Source: Phytobacter massiliensis JC163
GTDB lineage: Bacteria > Pseudomonadota > Gammaproteobacteria > Enterobacterales > Enterobacteriaceae
Length of the DNA: 64,000 nt
NCBI RefSeq assembly: GCF_000321045.1
Contig: NZ_HE578947.1
Span: forward strand, 3,150-67,149
Reading direction: 5' to 3'
Below are positions 32,564 through 40,992 of this stretch, piece by piece (positions within the stretch are counted from its first letter, which is position 1; each line of letters opens with the position of its first letter). The position numbers and the translations under genes are program-made. Under the pieces are notes generated by a model. It was given only the letters and a program-made list of their open reading frames with translations, had not been told where the DNA came from and made no database searches.

Positions 32564-33790
32564 ATGCAGCAGAATGATTTTGAACTGTTAATGGCGCAGA
32601 ACAGCGCGCCGGTGAAGATGTGGACCCACGGCGTGCCCGTGGAGCCGGAGGCGCAGGCGCAGCTGCTTAAAACCGCCAGAATGCCGTTTATTTTTAAGCA
32701 CCTGGCCGTCATGCCGGATGTGCATCTGGGTAAGGGTTCGACCATCGGCAGCGTTATCCCCACCAAAGGGGCGATCATCCCGGCCGCGGTGGGGGTGGAT
32801 ATCGGCTGCGGAATGATTGCCGTGCGCACGTCGCTGCTGGCAAGCGATCTGCCGGATAACTTAAGCGGGCTGCGCAGCGCCATTGAACGTGCCGTTCCCC
32901 ATGGGCGAAGCGTAGGGCGCGGTAAGCGTGACGTTGGCGCATGGGACACGCCGCCGGACGAAGTGAATGTTCACTGGGGGCAGTTGGCCGCGCGCTTTAA
33001 GCGGCTAACCGATAAATATCCCCGCCTGCTGAACACTAACAATCATCAGCATCTGGGAACATTGGGGACCGGTAACCACTTTATTGAAATCTGTCTGGAT
33101 GAGCAGCAGCGGGTGTGGGTGATGCTGCATAGCGGGTCGCGTGGGGTCGGTAACGCCATCGGTAATGTCTTTATCACCCTCGCGCAGCAGGATATGCAAC
33201 GGCATATCGCCAACCTGCCGGATCGTGATCTGGCCTACTTCCAGGAGGGAAGCCAGCATTATGAGGATTACATTGAGGCGGTGGAGTGGGCGCAGGATTT
33301 TGCCCGTCATAACCGGGAAGTGATGATGTCCCGCGTGCTGGCGGCGCTGTCGAAGAGCGTGACGAAGCCCTTTATGACGCAGCAGGAGGCGGTGAACTGC
33401 CACCATAACTACGTACAAAAAGAGCGTCATTTTGACGAAGAGGTGCTGGTGACGCGCAAAGGCGCGGTGTCGGCGCAGAAGGGGCAGATGGGGATCATCC
33501 CCGGCTCGATGGGGGCGAAAAGTTTTATCGTGCGCGGGCTGGGTAACGAAGAGAGCTTCTGTTCGTGCAGCCACGGCGCGGGACGCACCATGAGCCGTAC
33601 GGCGGCGAAAAAGCGCTTTACCGTTGAGGACCAGATCCGCGCCACCGCTCACGTTGAGTGCCGTAAAGACAGCGAGGTGATCGATGAGATCCCGATGGCC
33701 TACAAAGATATTGATGCCGTAATGGCGGCCCAGTCTTCGCTGGTGGAAATTGTGCATACGCTGCGTCAGGTGGTGTGCGTGAAAGGATAA
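32564..33790 (+). CDS. rtcB: RNA-splicing ligase RtcB
   Basis: 408-aa protein near-identical in conserved blocks to E. coli RtcB (...MPDVHLGKGSTIGSVIPTKGAIIPAAVGVDIGCGM..., ...CSCSHGAGR..., ...LRQVVCVKG). Confidence 0.95.
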   Translation: MQQNDFELLMAQNSAPVKMWTHGVPVEPEAQAQLLKTARMPFIFKHLAVMPDVHLGKGSTIGSVIPTKGAIIPAAVGVDIGCGMIAVRTSLLASDLPDNLSGLRSAIERAVPHGRSVGRGKRDVGAWDTPPDEVNVHWGQLAARFKRLTDKYPRLLNTNNHQHLGTLGTGNHFIEICLDEQQRVWVMLHSGSRGVGNAIGNVFITLAQQDMQRHIANLPDRDLAYFQEGSQHYEDYIEAVEWAQDFARHNREVMMSRVLAALSKSVTKPFMTQQEAVNCHHNYVQKERHFDEEVLVTRKGAVSAQKGQMGIIPGSMGAKSFIVRGLGNEESFCSCSHGAGRTMSRTAAKKRFTVEDQIRATAHVECRKDSEVIDEIPMAYKDIDAVMAAQSSLVEIVHTLRQVVCVKG

Positions 33791-33794
33791 AAAG

Positions 33795-34598
33795 ATGATG
33801 AACACGGTGGATGCCGCGATGCGCGAGCGTGTGATGCGGCAGTTAAAAGAGGTGGAGCAGCGTTTTGGCGTGCGGGTACTGTACGCCTGCGAGTCCGGCA
33901 GCCGGGGGTGGGGTTTTGCCTCGCCGGACAGCGATTACGACGTGCGCTTTTTGTATGTTCACCCGCCCGAGTGGTATCTGCGGGTGGAGGCGGCGCGGGA
34001 CGTTATCGAACTGCCAATAGATGATGAGCTGGACGTCTGCGGCTGGGAGTGGCGCAAGGCGCTCGGCCTGTTGAAAGGGGCCAACCCGACGCTTATCGAG
34101 TGGCTGGACTCGCCGGTGGTTTATCAGCAGGACGGCGCCACCGTGGCGGCGCTAAAAGCGCAGGTGCCTCGCTGGTTCTCCCCCGTGCGCGCCCGCTGGC
34201 ACTACTATTCGATGGCGCGCAAAAACTTTCGTAGCTATCTGCAGGGTGACGAGGTGCGGCTGAAAAAGTACTTTTATGTGCTGCGCCCTCTGCTGGCGGT
34301 GCGTTGGGTAGAGGCGGGTAAAGGCGTCCCGCCGATGCGTTTTGCCGAACTGCTGGCAGGTAGTGAACTGGACGCGCCGTTGCGCCGGGAAATCGACGAT
34401 CTGCTTGCTCGCAAACAGCGCGCCGGAGAGGCGGAGTATGGCCCGCGCCGCCCGCTGCTGCATGCTTTCCTGAATGCCGAACTGGCCAGGGGTGAGATCC
34501 CGCCCGTATTGCCGGACAGCAGGGAGGGAAATAGCAGCGAACTGGATAGTTTGCTGTATCAGACCGTTATGGCCCCGCAGTCCCCGGATGCGGCATAG
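33795..34598 (+). CDS. Pol-beta-superfamily nucleotidyltransferase, in the position normally held by rtcA
   Basis: It has the motif GSRGWGFASPDSDYDVRFLY (GS...D.D). It is 4 nt downstream of rtcB, and there is no RtcA-like ORF. Confidence 0.65.
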   Translation: MMNTVDAAMRERVMRQLKEVEQRFGVRVLYACESGSRGWGFASPDSDYDVRFLYVHPPEWYLRVEAARDVIELPIDDELDVCGWEWRKALGLLKGANPTLIEWLDSPVVYQQDGATVAALKAQVPRWFSPVRARWHYYSMARKNFRSYLQGDEVRLKKYFYVLRPLLAVRWVEAGKGVPPMRFAELLAGSELDAPLRREIDDLLARKQRAGEAEYGPRRPLLHAFLNAELARGEIPPVLPDSREGNSSELDSLLYQTVMAPQSPDAA

Positions 34599-34640
34599 CC
34601 TTATCCGGGCTACTCTTTGTAGCCCGGCTCGGTTTTAAGG
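34598..34640. repeat. REP-type extragenic palindrome
   Basis: gccttatccgggctac...gtagcccggctc. The reverse complement (gtagcccggataaggc) recurs near 57745. Confidence 0.5.
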
Positions 34641-35090
34641 GTGGTATTGCCCACTGCTGACCAGCGCGTAGAGGTGGTTCGGTGAGTAGCGCCAGCTCTC
34701 ATTAAGCCCCAGAAACGCCGCGCAAAACTCGCTGCAAAACAGCCTGTTGCGATGCTCTTTGTTGCCCAATACAATCCCCAGCGCTCCCTGCCAGTCGTAG
34801 CGTTTGCCGTCATGCTGGCGGAAAAACGCCTCCACTTCCGGCAGACTTGTCTGCAATGGCAGCTTATCCCACTTATCATCCGGCAACGGCATCAGCTTGC
34901 CGCGTACGCCGCGATCGCGAAACGAAGCCGAGTAACAGAGGTACTCATTTCCGCCGCGCGCCACGGCCAGTTCACAGTGGGAGTAGATCCCACGCGTGAT
35001 TTTGCGGGTCAGCCAGTCGGCAACCCTGGCAATGCCCCGGTGCTCCGCCCGCCCTTTATAGCAGGCGAGCCAGACGGTGGCGTTACTCAT
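34635..35090 (-). CDS. YiiX/YaeF-like permuted papain-fold (C92) hydrolase
   Basis: It has ...RLFCSEFCAAFL (like the YiiX LYCSELV catalytic-Cys block) and an upstream ...GIYSHCELAV (His block). It is 72 nt downstream of the tail-fibre gene on the same strand. Confidence 0.5.
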   Translation of the reverse strand: MSNATVWLACYKGRAEHRGIARVADWLTRKITRGIYSHCELAVARGGNEYLCYSASFRDRGVRGKLMPLPDDKWDKLPLQTSLPEVEAFFRQHDGKRYDWQGALGIVLGNKEHRNRLFCSEFCAAFLGLNESWRYSPNHLYALVSSGQYHP

Positions 35091-35161
35091 GGCTGCCAGC
35101 CTGGGGTGTAGTCGTAAAATGATTTTTGATTAAATATGATTCCATTTTATTTATCCTGTTA

Positions 35162-36835
35162 TTATACAGTAATGGCTTGTGGGCGAATTTCTCCATACAT
35201 ACCAGTGACTGCATTAGTGAAAAGCTGCCTTCCATATTCTTCAGGATCATCTTTTGACGCGGTAAATAAAATCTCTGTACCTATTCCTTCGATATCACAG
35301 GTGAAATTGATAGAGTTATATGTTCCCTCATTTAAATCTTTATAATTAGCGTAAGGATTTCGTATATTCTTTACTCTAGAGGTATTACCTATAGGGACTC
35401 GTTGGATTAACATGTTTGTAGTCAAATATTGATGGAGCACATCCGTTTTATCATGCTGTGCAGCATTGCATGTCCACCAAATTCCTGGTAAATAGGCAGT
35501 TGCATTCATGTTTTTACCCATGGAAAAGCCTGGCCCCGATAAAAAGCAGCAAGAGGATAAAGTACTGCCAGCTCTAATTTCGCCTTGCTTTATATCATCT
35601 ATTTGATTAAGACTTGATTGGGTATTCTTTATAAATGGAACAGTAGCTAAACAATACGCGCCATCCCCATTTACCTTAGGGTAAAGCCCCTTAATTTGAT
35701 CGGCAGTATGAGTATGATTCGCCGGTGCCGCCGCATTCGCCTTGTCCATCGCCGCTTTCACCGCGCTCGGCGTCGCCGCTTCGGTGGTGCTGGTGCTGTT
35801 AGTGGCATTATTCAGCTTCACCACCCCTTTCTGGGTCAGGGTGCCATCCGGTACGCCGGTGACCTGATTCCAGGGGTGGGTGTGGCTGGCCGGTGCGGCC
35901 GCATTCGCCTTATCCATTGCCGCTTTCACCGCGCTCGGCGTCGCCGCTTCGGTGGTGCTGGTGCTGTTAGTGGCGCTGTTCAGCTTCACCACCCCTTTCT
36001 GGGTCAGGGTGCCGTCCGGTACGCCGGTGACCTGATTCCAGGGGTGAGTGTGGCTGGCCGGTGCGGCGGCATTCGCTTTATCCATCGCTGCTTTCACCGC
36101 GCTCGGCGTTGCTGCTTCGGTGGTGCTGGTGCTGTTGGTGGCGTTGTTCAGCTTCACGATCCCTTTCTGGGTCAGGGTGCCGTCCGGCACGCCGCTTATC
36201 TGGCTCCAGGTATGGGTGTGATTACGCGCTTCGGCCAGCGCTGCTTTCACCGCTTTCGGCGTGGCGGCTTTGGTTTCGTCATCGCTGTTGGTGGCGTTGC
36301 TGAGCTGCGTAAAGCCTTTTTGCGTGAGCGTGGCGTCCGGGTGTCTGGTGGAGTGCTCGTGCTCATCCAGCAGCGAATCCACATAGTCGCGGGTTGCCAG
36401 CACCACGCTGGGGTCAACGGTCAGGGTGACCGCCGTGGTGTTGGACACTTCCATAATCAGACGAATGCAGACCTGCTTGCCGCTGCCGCCGGGCAACAGC
36501 GGCTTGTAGGACTCCGGGAACTTGCCGATGGCGATCAGATCGCCGTCGGTGTCGAATACCCCCACCTCGCGCACGTACCAGCCGCCGATGTTTTCCGGCA
36601 GTACTACTTCGGCAATCAGCCAATTGGGGTTATTGGGCGCGACCGTCAGGGTATTCATCTCACCGCGCCAGACTTCGCGACGTAATTTCGTCTGGTTAAC
36701 GGCAGGCTCATAATATTGCCCGCCGCCGTCGCCAACCGCCATCTTTTGCAGATGCAGCTGTTTTTTCTCCGCCAGCGCGGCGGCGATTTTCGCCATCCCC
36801 TTATTGGTCAGGAGAGTATAAAATTCATTATCCAT
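35162..36835 (-). CDS. phage tail fibre protein (P2 gpH-like N-terminus, repeat region, low-GC C-terminal receptor-binding domain)
   Basis: The N-terminus (...MAVGDGGG...WRGEMN...IAEVVLPENIGGWYVREVGVFD...ESYKP...HPDATLTQKGFTQLSNATNS) resembles P2 gpH. It has P2 fibre-repeat units TLTQKG.VKLN.ATNSTS..EAATPSAVKAA. Confidence 0.85.
   Translation of the reverse strand: MDNEFYTLLTNKGMAKIAAALAEKKQLHLQKMAVGDGGGQYYEPAVNQTKLRREVWRGEMNTLTVAPNNPNWLIAEVVLPENIGGWYVREVGVFDTDGDLIAIGKFPESYKPLLPGGSGKQVCIRLIMEVSNTTAVTLTVDPSVVLATRDYVDSLLDEHEHSTRHPDATLTQKGFTQLSNATNSDDETKAATPKAVKAALAEARNHTHTWSQISGVPDGTLTQKGIVKLNNATNSTSTTEAATPSAVKAAMDKANAAAPASHTHPWNQVTGVPDGTLTQKGVVKLNSATNSTSTTEAATPSAVKAAMDKANAAAPASHTHPWNQVTGVPDGTLTQKGVVKLNNATNSTSTTEAATPSAVKAAMDKANAAAPANHTHTADQIKGLYPKVNGDGAYCLATVPFIKNTQSSLNQIDDIKQGEIRAGSTLSSCCFLSGPGFSMGKNMNATAYLPGIWWTCNAAQHDKTDVLHQYLTTNMLIQRVPIGNTSRVKNIRNPYANYKDLNEGTYNSINFTCDIEGIGTEILFTASKDDPEEYGRQLFTNAVTGMYGEIRPQAITV
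35717..36220 (-). repeat. three tandem 168-bp (56-aa) repeats inside the tail-fibre gene, plus a degenerate fourth unit upstream
   Basis: The units HTHPWNQVTGVPDGTLTQKGVVKLN.ATNSTSTTEAATPSAVKAAMDKANAAAPAS are near-identical at the DNA level. The same relationship appears on the opposite strand as the RRRFGGAGAV runs in ORF 35696..36685. Confidence 0.85.
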
Positions 36836-36837
36836 AA

Positions 36838-37470
36838 TTACTCCGGGTAAATAGACGTAATTTCAAGGCTCCATTGCCCTGTGCCAAAATAAACTGGCTT
36901 AGTTTGTTGAACTTCCAGTACCTGGAAGGGTGAAATAGTGGTAATTTCGCCGCCAAAAAGGGCGCAGCCCAGTACCGGTATTGCGCTCTGGTTAATAATC
37001 CAGATAATCAGTGCTTCCAGCTTTGAACGCACATTTTTATATTCATGAATCAGCTCTACCAGATGATTAAAAAGCGGTTCATCGATGCCATTGTTAATAA
37101 GCTCAATTTCAATTTTGAAAAAATACGCTTTGCCACCGTATTCAAACCATTCGGCAATAGTGCCAGGTAACGATAATATCTCCAGCACGCGACGAACGGC
37201 CCAGGGCGTCCCTTTATATTTGTGCAGCTCAATGGCCTGCTTGATTAATTCCCGCTTCTCCTTTTCATTGCGGGCGAATAACCAGCCCTCCAGTCCCTGC
37301 ACATGAAACTGTTCGGCCAGCGAAGGCAGCGCAGAGGCGTCAACCAGATCCACCAGGTAAATAAGCAGCGCCGTCAGATCCATTTGTGCGAAGCGTTCGG
37401 CGGCGATGTTCGCCAGAAGCGAAAAGCGCTCATCGCGGGCAAGCGGCGGCGGCAGATGCAATTTATCCAT
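36838..37470 (-). CDS. phage baseplate/tail protein gpI-like
   Basis: It sits between gpJ and the fibre as in P2 (J-I-H). It is 210 aa, and its start overlaps the gpJ stop. Confidence 0.7.
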   Translation of the reverse strand: MDKLHLPPPLARDERFSLLANIAAERFAQMDLTALLIYLVDLVDASALPSLAEQFHVQGLEGWLFARNEKEKRELIKQAIELHKYKGTPWAVRRVLEILSLPGTIAEWFEYGGKAYFFKIEIELINNGIDEPLFNHLVELIHEYKNVRSKLEALIIWIINQSAIPVLGCALFGGEITTISPFQVLEVQQTKPVYFGTGQWSLEITSIYPE

Positions 37471-38475
37471 CGCTCACTCCGGCAATCGTCACGTCAATAA
37501 TGATGCATTCCGCCCATACATGCGCCAGCAGTTCACGTTTGGCAGGCTGTTCCAGCGCCACGTCGTAAACGCCATCCACCTGCAGCACTTTGATTATCTG
37601 ATTCGGCACAATATCCTGGCCGAGCCGCGTCTGGCGCTGCTGGGTCCATGCTTCAATTGCCGCGCGGGCGGCGGCAAGGGTGGCCGCCTGATCGGCATGG
37701 GTAAAGAGCGTCAGCCGGGCGCGAATCTGATAAGGCACCCGCGGCGGCAATTTGACGCTGACCTTATCGGTCAGCGGGCGCTTTTTGTCCTTGCCCACTT
37801 CCTGCTGAATTTGGGCAAGCAGTTCCGTCCCCGGCATGCCGTTCAGCGTCAGTGGATAGATCTCCACGCAGCCTTCCGGCAACCCTTCATCCGGCCCCAG
37901 TATCGCCACGTCGATAATTGACTGGCTGACGGAAAGCGTATGAAAACGGTATGCCCCGTAGCTGCCTGCGTTACTGAAACTTTCTGGTGCCAGCCTGATA
38001 CGCTCCCGCAGCGCGTCGTCGCTCTCTTCATCGCAACCGCCAGCCGAGGTCGTCAGGTTGGTTACCTTCACCGGATAGCTGCTGATCCTGTCCATCAGGG
38101 CGCTGATTTGCGCAGGTTCCCAGCCGTTGCCCGCTTCACCGGTTACAAGACAGGTGGCGGTGACAGCCGCCTCTGGCTTGTTGGGCAGAACCCTGACATC
38201 CTCTTCGCTGGCTGAGCGGGCAGGCGGTGAACGCCAACCAGTTCGCCTAAATAATCCAGCATGGGGGCGCGGGAATAGGCCACCAGGTTTTGCTTCGCCG
38301 CCTCCTGAATGGCGATGCGGACAAGGTTTTCACGATAGGCAATCAGGTCGATAAGCAGCCGCTCCGCCTGTGCCGGATAGAGTTTTTTACCGCTGGCCTT
38401 TTCATATTGCGCGATTATCTCGCTGGTAATTTGCGCGGGGTCGCGGTCGATAAAATCGGGTTCGGCTATCGCCAT
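37463..38475 (-). pseudogene. phage baseplate assembly protein gpJ-like; frame interrupted (ORFs 38143..38475 and 37463..38095, with a third frame carrying sense between them)
   Basis: The N-terminal ORF (MAIAEPDFIDRDPAQITSEIIAQYEK...LVGVHRLPAQPA) becomes nonsense after about residue 94. The C-terminal ORF (...ESFSNAGSYGAYRFH...) resembles P2 gpJ. Between them the frame ...VLPNKPEAAVTATCLVTGEAGNGWEPAQIS reads sensibly, which implies two single-nt gaps near G/C runs (about 38200 and about 38098). Confidence 0.7.
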
Positions 38476-38825
38476 AACACCTCCGTAGAGTTAATAACGC
38501 CGTCTGCGGCGCGCCATTGCACATGAAGCGTCAGGTGTTCGCCGTCAATCGTCGGCGTCACCTTGAGCAGGCGGCAACGTGGCTCCCACATGCGGATCGC
38601 CTCCACCGACTCCCGTACCACGTGCGGAATAGCTCGCTCGACGGGATAGTCGATATAGCGCCACAGGTTGCTGCCAAACAGCGGTCTGTGAGGATCGCTG
38701 CCGCGCGGCGTGCGCAGGATGATGTGTATTGCCTGATGAATATCGTCCAGCCCGCAGACATATTCTTCAGGGCGCTGCAGGGCAGGTTGCCAGTGCAGGG
38801 TTGAGGGTCGTGTTTTCGTGTTCAT
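38466..38825 (-). CDS. phage baseplate protein gpW/gp25-like
   Basis: 119-aa protein of GPW/gp25-family size. It is in the V-W-J order of a P2 baseplate module. Confidence 0.75.
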   Translation of the reverse strand: MNTKTRPSTLHWQPALQRPEEYVCGLDDIHQAIHIILRTPRGSDPHRPLFGSNLWRYIDYPVERAIPHVVRESVEAIRMWEPRCRLLKVTPTIDGEHLTLHVQWRAADGVINSTEVLWR

Positions 38826-39001
38826 GCGGCTATTTTCACCTCAACGGAGGCGGCGCGATATTAAAGCGCTTTAGGAAAGGAGTTGATTAAAGAGAGAAAA
38901 ATCGCCGCATCGGGCGTCCCGGATGCGCTTCGCTTATCCAGGCTACAGTTAGCGGCAGGAGGCGCACCCGGGAACCCCGGATACGCCGTGCGGCGGGTGG
39001 G

Positions 39002-39745
39002 TTAGTGAGAGTGGTGGTTTGAGTTGCCGCCGCTGTCCATAACTGAACCGCTGGCTTTTAGGTTGCCCTGAATATTAACGTTGCCGGTGATCACCGCACT
39101 GCTGCCAGCGCCGCTGCTGCCTGCCATGCCGCCAAGCCAGGTCAGTTTTTTCATCACCGTAACATTGCCGGTAAAGGTGCTAATCGGCGCATCCACCGTT
39201 ACATCCAGCGCTTTAATGCCGGTACGGGCAGCCTCCACGCTGACATCAACGGCCTGTACCGCCACCTGGCTTGCCTCCACGCTCACGTCAGTGGCCTTCA
39301 CGCTGACCGTCTCCGAGGTCACATTTACCTGTTGCGCTTTTACCTCCACCAGCGGCGAGGTGAGGCGGGTACTCTCTTTCACCTCAATCACTATCTTTTC
39401 GATACCGCCGTTGATGGTGAGCTGGTGCGATTGACGATCGTATTCAAAAGCCGCGCCGTCGGAAAAATGCACGTAGCGTTTGTCGCGCGAGGCCAGCGGC
39501 GCGGTGTCAACCGTGGAGTAAACCGCCCCCAGCACCACGCCGTCTTCACCGTTGTCATCAAGCAGAACCTCGACCTGTTCGCCCATATCCGGCAGCCAGT
39601 AGTCTTTGTTGTCCTGCGTATTGCGCTGCAGAACCGGCAGCCAGTTGCTTTGCAGATTATCGCACTCCGGCAGAGTAACCCTGACGAGAACCGTGGTCTC
39701 GTCGATGTCGCTGATAATTCCCGTCTGGCGGGTAACGCCTTTCAT
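39002..39745 (-). CDS. phage baseplate spike gpV-like
   Basis: It has an N-terminal OB-like domain followed by short V/S/T-rich beta-helix repeats (VNVTSETVSVKATDVSVEASQVAVQAVDVSVEA...) and a Gly-rich C-terminus with HHSH. Confidence 0.75.
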   Translation of the reverse strand: MKGVTRQTGIISDIDETTVLVRVTLPECDNLQSNWLPVLQRNTQDNKDYWLPDMGEQVEVLLDDNGEDGVVLGAVYSTVDTAPLASRDKRYVHFSDGAAFEYDRQSHQLTINGGIEKIVIEVKESTRLTSPLVEVKAQQVNVTSETVSVKATDVSVEASQVAVQAVDVSVEAARTGIKALDVTVDAPISTFTGNVTVMKKLTWLGGMAGSSGAGSSAVITGNVNIQGNLKASGSVMDSGGNSNHHSH

Positions 39746-39754
39746 GTCGTCTCC

Positions 39755-40795
39755 TTACTGGCTGGTCGCCGGTCCGCGTGAAATGTCGATTTCGGTGGTA
39801 TAGCCGCTGCGGGTAAATCGATGCATTGATTTATCAATCAGCCACTGGCCGGACAGAACGCCGAAGCCGGTCAGTTCGATTTTGTTCCCCGCGGTCAGCT
39901 GCGGGCAGCCCATCAGGCTCAGCGTGCCGGTCTGCTGATACTCGTTATGGCTGTCCAGCGCGGCGTTGGCTTTCGCCTGCGCCGCGCCGGTATCGGGCGC
40001 GCGGCTGTTGAGCTTGAGAGTATCGGCGCTGGTTGCCGCCCCCCTGGCCGACGGTTTTTGCTGGCTATCGTGGGTATAAATAACCAGCTCCTTTTTCTTG
40101 CCGTTTTGATGTTGTACGGTGGCGTTCTTATAGATCCGGTTGATGGTATCGTTAAAGGTGTAATGGCCGATATCCGTCCGATCGAGGGTTTTCACCGGCG
40201 CAAGGCAGCGCAGCGAAGGCAGATGTGAAAAGACAAGCTCCGCCGCCGTCACCTTGACGGTGTAGCCGTACTCACTGGCCAGACGCTTGAGAAACGCAAT
40301 ATCGGTTTCCGCGTACTGCGTTACCCGGTCAATGTTCAGGGTAGCGATGTGCCCCACCAGCTTTAAGCCGTGCTTTTGCGCAATACGGCTGGCGATGGCG
40401 GCAAGGGTGGTCTCTTCAAACCCCTCGCTGTTTCTGGTGCGCAGCGCTTTGCTGACCGAGGTGGCGATGCCGTCAATATTCACCGTGGACGGCGGCGCGC
40501 TGATATCAATTTTATCAATGATATAGACGCCGCAATCCAGCAGTTCCTCCCCCTGGTAGCCCAGATGCAGGGCAAGGGTATCGCCTTTGCCGGGATACCA
40601 TTCGTTCACCCAGCGGCCTTCGCTGTCTTCCAGCGTAATGGCGATAACATCCGACTCGTTCTTGATGCTGTCGCTGTAGCTGATGCTAGTGACATAAGGG
40701 GCGATATCGTAAGTAATATCCTTATGCCCGTACCAGAGCGTAAAAATGGGCGTTAGCGTGGCACAGACGCCGCCGGACAGGGTTATCTCAGCCAT
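39755..40795 (-). CDS. phage late-control gene D (gpD)-like tail protein
   Basis: 346-aa protein. It is in the tape measure (gpT)-U-X-D order. Confidence 0.7.
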   Translation of the reverse strand: MAEITLSGGVCATLTPIFTLWYGHKDITYDIAPYVTSISYSDSIKNESDVIAITLEDSEGRWVNEWYPGKGDTLALHLGYQGEELLDCGVYIIDKIDISAPPSTVNIDGIATSVSKALRTRNSEGFEETTLAAIASRIAQKHGLKLVGHIATLNIDRVTQYAETDIAFLKRLASEYGYTVKVTAAELVFSHLPSLRCLAPVKTLDRTDIGHYTFNDTINRIYKNATVQHQNGKKKELVIYTHDSQQKPSARGAATSADTLKLNSRAPDTGAAQAKANAALDSHNEYQQTGTLSLMGCPQLTAGNKIELTGFGVLSGQWLIDKSMHRFTRSGYTTEIDISRGPATSQ

Positions 40796-40992
40796 GGCGC
40801 CAGCTCCGTTGTGGTCTGCGTGGCGCGCACGACAGGGATGATTAACCGTACGCCGGACGGCAGCACCGCCGTGATGGCAACATGAGGATTCGCGGCGATA
40901 AGCCGCTCATAGGCGAGGGCGTCGCCATAGTAGCGCCAGGCGAGGTTGTCCCAGCGCTCCCCCTCTGTGGTGATGTGTTCAAGGTAGCGCAT
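40783..40992 (-). CDS. phage tail protein gpX-like (LysM-like)
   Basis: 69-aa protein with ...WDNLAWRYYGDALAYERLIAANPHVAITAVLPSGVRLIIP, which fits the P2 gpX pattern (...ICVRYYG...LAANPGL...LP.G..). Confidence 0.75.
   Translation of the reverse strand: MRYLEHITTEGERWDNLAWRYYGDALAYERLIAANPHVAITAVLPSGVRLIIPVVRATQTTTELAPWLR

Noticed and set aside
35696-36685. 329-aa ORF antisense to the tail-fibre gene with repeated RRRFGGAGAV motifs
   Set aside because: Its repeats are just the reverse-strand image of the 168-bp tandem repeats in the genuine fibre gene. It has no independent coding support.
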